Assembly: GCA_002104905.1 (NCBI GenBank) | Contig: MCFE01000063.1 | Span: 1-64,000 of the forward strand | DNA from: Basidiobolus meristosporus CBS 931.73 | Lineage: Eukaryota; Fungi; Basidiobolomycota | DNA length: 64,000 nucleotides | Direction of reading: 5' to 3' | Shown: piece by piece, positions 63,164 to 64,000 of the stretch | Position numbering within the stretch: position 1 is the first letter of the stretch | Layout of the letters: each line of letters opens with the position of its first letter | Made by a program: the position numbers and the translations under genes | The notes under the pieces: model-generated | The model's input: the letters and a program-made list of their open reading frames with translations, nothing else | Databases searched by the model: none | What the model was told of the DNA's origin: nothing

Positions 63164-64000
63164 TGTTGTAAGAGTCTTGGAGATATTGGAAGTGATTGGG
63201 AGAACAAGTAGATTATGTGGTTTTCACTTAATGATTTATTGAATGTTAAAGTAGTATTTATAATTTTACATGGTCTTGGCATTACAAACACATAGAATAG
63301 GTTAAGGAAGGTCCCAAGAACATGTGTGCAAAGTTTGGGGCTGTTTGGGCAACTTTGAGAATTTTTCATGTTCTGGGTACCTGGTATTTTGGTGAAAATA
63401 TTCCAAGTAAATCCCAACAAGGAATTTGGTCAGTATTCTCTAGGATTTGAAGGTGATGATCTAAGTGACTAAGTTAGGTGAATATTTAGGTGGAAATACA
63501 AATTTTTTACAACACTCCCACTCAGCTAAATGTTCATACTGACTAGACCTAATTTTGACCTAAGATATTCAAACTTGTCTCTAGCTAGTGGTTTGGTAAA
63601 TATGTCTGCAATCATTTCATCTGTAGGACAGTAAACTAAGCTAACTAAGTTATTCTCTATAGCTTCTTGTATGAAATGATGTCTAATATCTATGTGCTTG
63701 GTTCTAGCACAAAAAGTTGGATTTCTACCTAATTGTATACATCCTTGATTATCTTGAAATAAAGTAATAGGCGTTTTTTGACATAGGCCTAAATCTGTAA
63801 AGAGTTTTCTTAACCACATTGCTTCTTTTGTAGCTTCACAGGCTGCCATATACTCTGCCTCTGTAGTAGAAAGTGCTACGGTTGGTTGCTTTCTTGAATT
63901 CCATGAAATGGCTCCTTTACAGTAAAGAAAGGTGTATCCTGTAGTGGATCTTCTGTCTTCTAAATTTTGTCCCCAATCAGCATCAGAGTATCCCACAAGA
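63164..64000 (-). mobile_element. 3' end of a second Copia copy (3' LTR 63164-63514, PPT, RNase H 63526-64000); continues beyond the window
   Basis: The RNase H peptide differs from the first copy at only four residues, the PPT is the same, and the 351-bp LTR differs slightly. Confidence 0.95.

Noticed and set aside
62794-63420. 208-aa minus-strand ORF
   Set aside because: It is a chance fusion of the open LTR frame with the antisense of the older LTR it inserted into, not an independent gene.

Overview
Eukaryotic (fungal) genomic DNA with short GT-AG introns (about 48-125 nt). The gene content and the CpG decay of repeats suggest an early-diverging fungus, but that is inference. About 20 protein-coding genes are supported: ABHD11-like hydrolase, MGMT, TMEM14, CSC1/OSCA channel, tandem-PAS protein, F-box protein, sugar porter, I9 protease inhibitor, NAA50, KIN1/MARK kinase, nitronate monooxygenase, acylpeptide hydrolase, cytochrome c peroxidase, aldo-keto reductase, DUF2015 protein, FAD monooxygenase and several orphans. 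The accessory content is two islands of one Ty1/Copia family (20.5-30.0 kb, and 61.8 kb to the window end). The left island holds a very young full-length element (24319-29005) with identical 350-bp LTRs and a TTCTG target-site duplication, nested inside older relatives. Several Ty5-like features coincide in this family. The primer-binding site matches the tRNA-iMet anticodon arm. The integrase C-terminal tail has a LISSPP hexapeptide resembling the Ty5 heterochromatin-targeting motif LDSSPP. Copies repeatedly insert into LTRs of their own family, and CpG is almost erased from older copies and flanking DNA. Together these suggest, without proving, a silent-chromatin-targeting retroelement system outside budding yeasts. 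The young element also carries one in-frame TAA inside integrase. All alignments and counts were done by eye; no rRNA, tRNA or CRISPR features were recognised.
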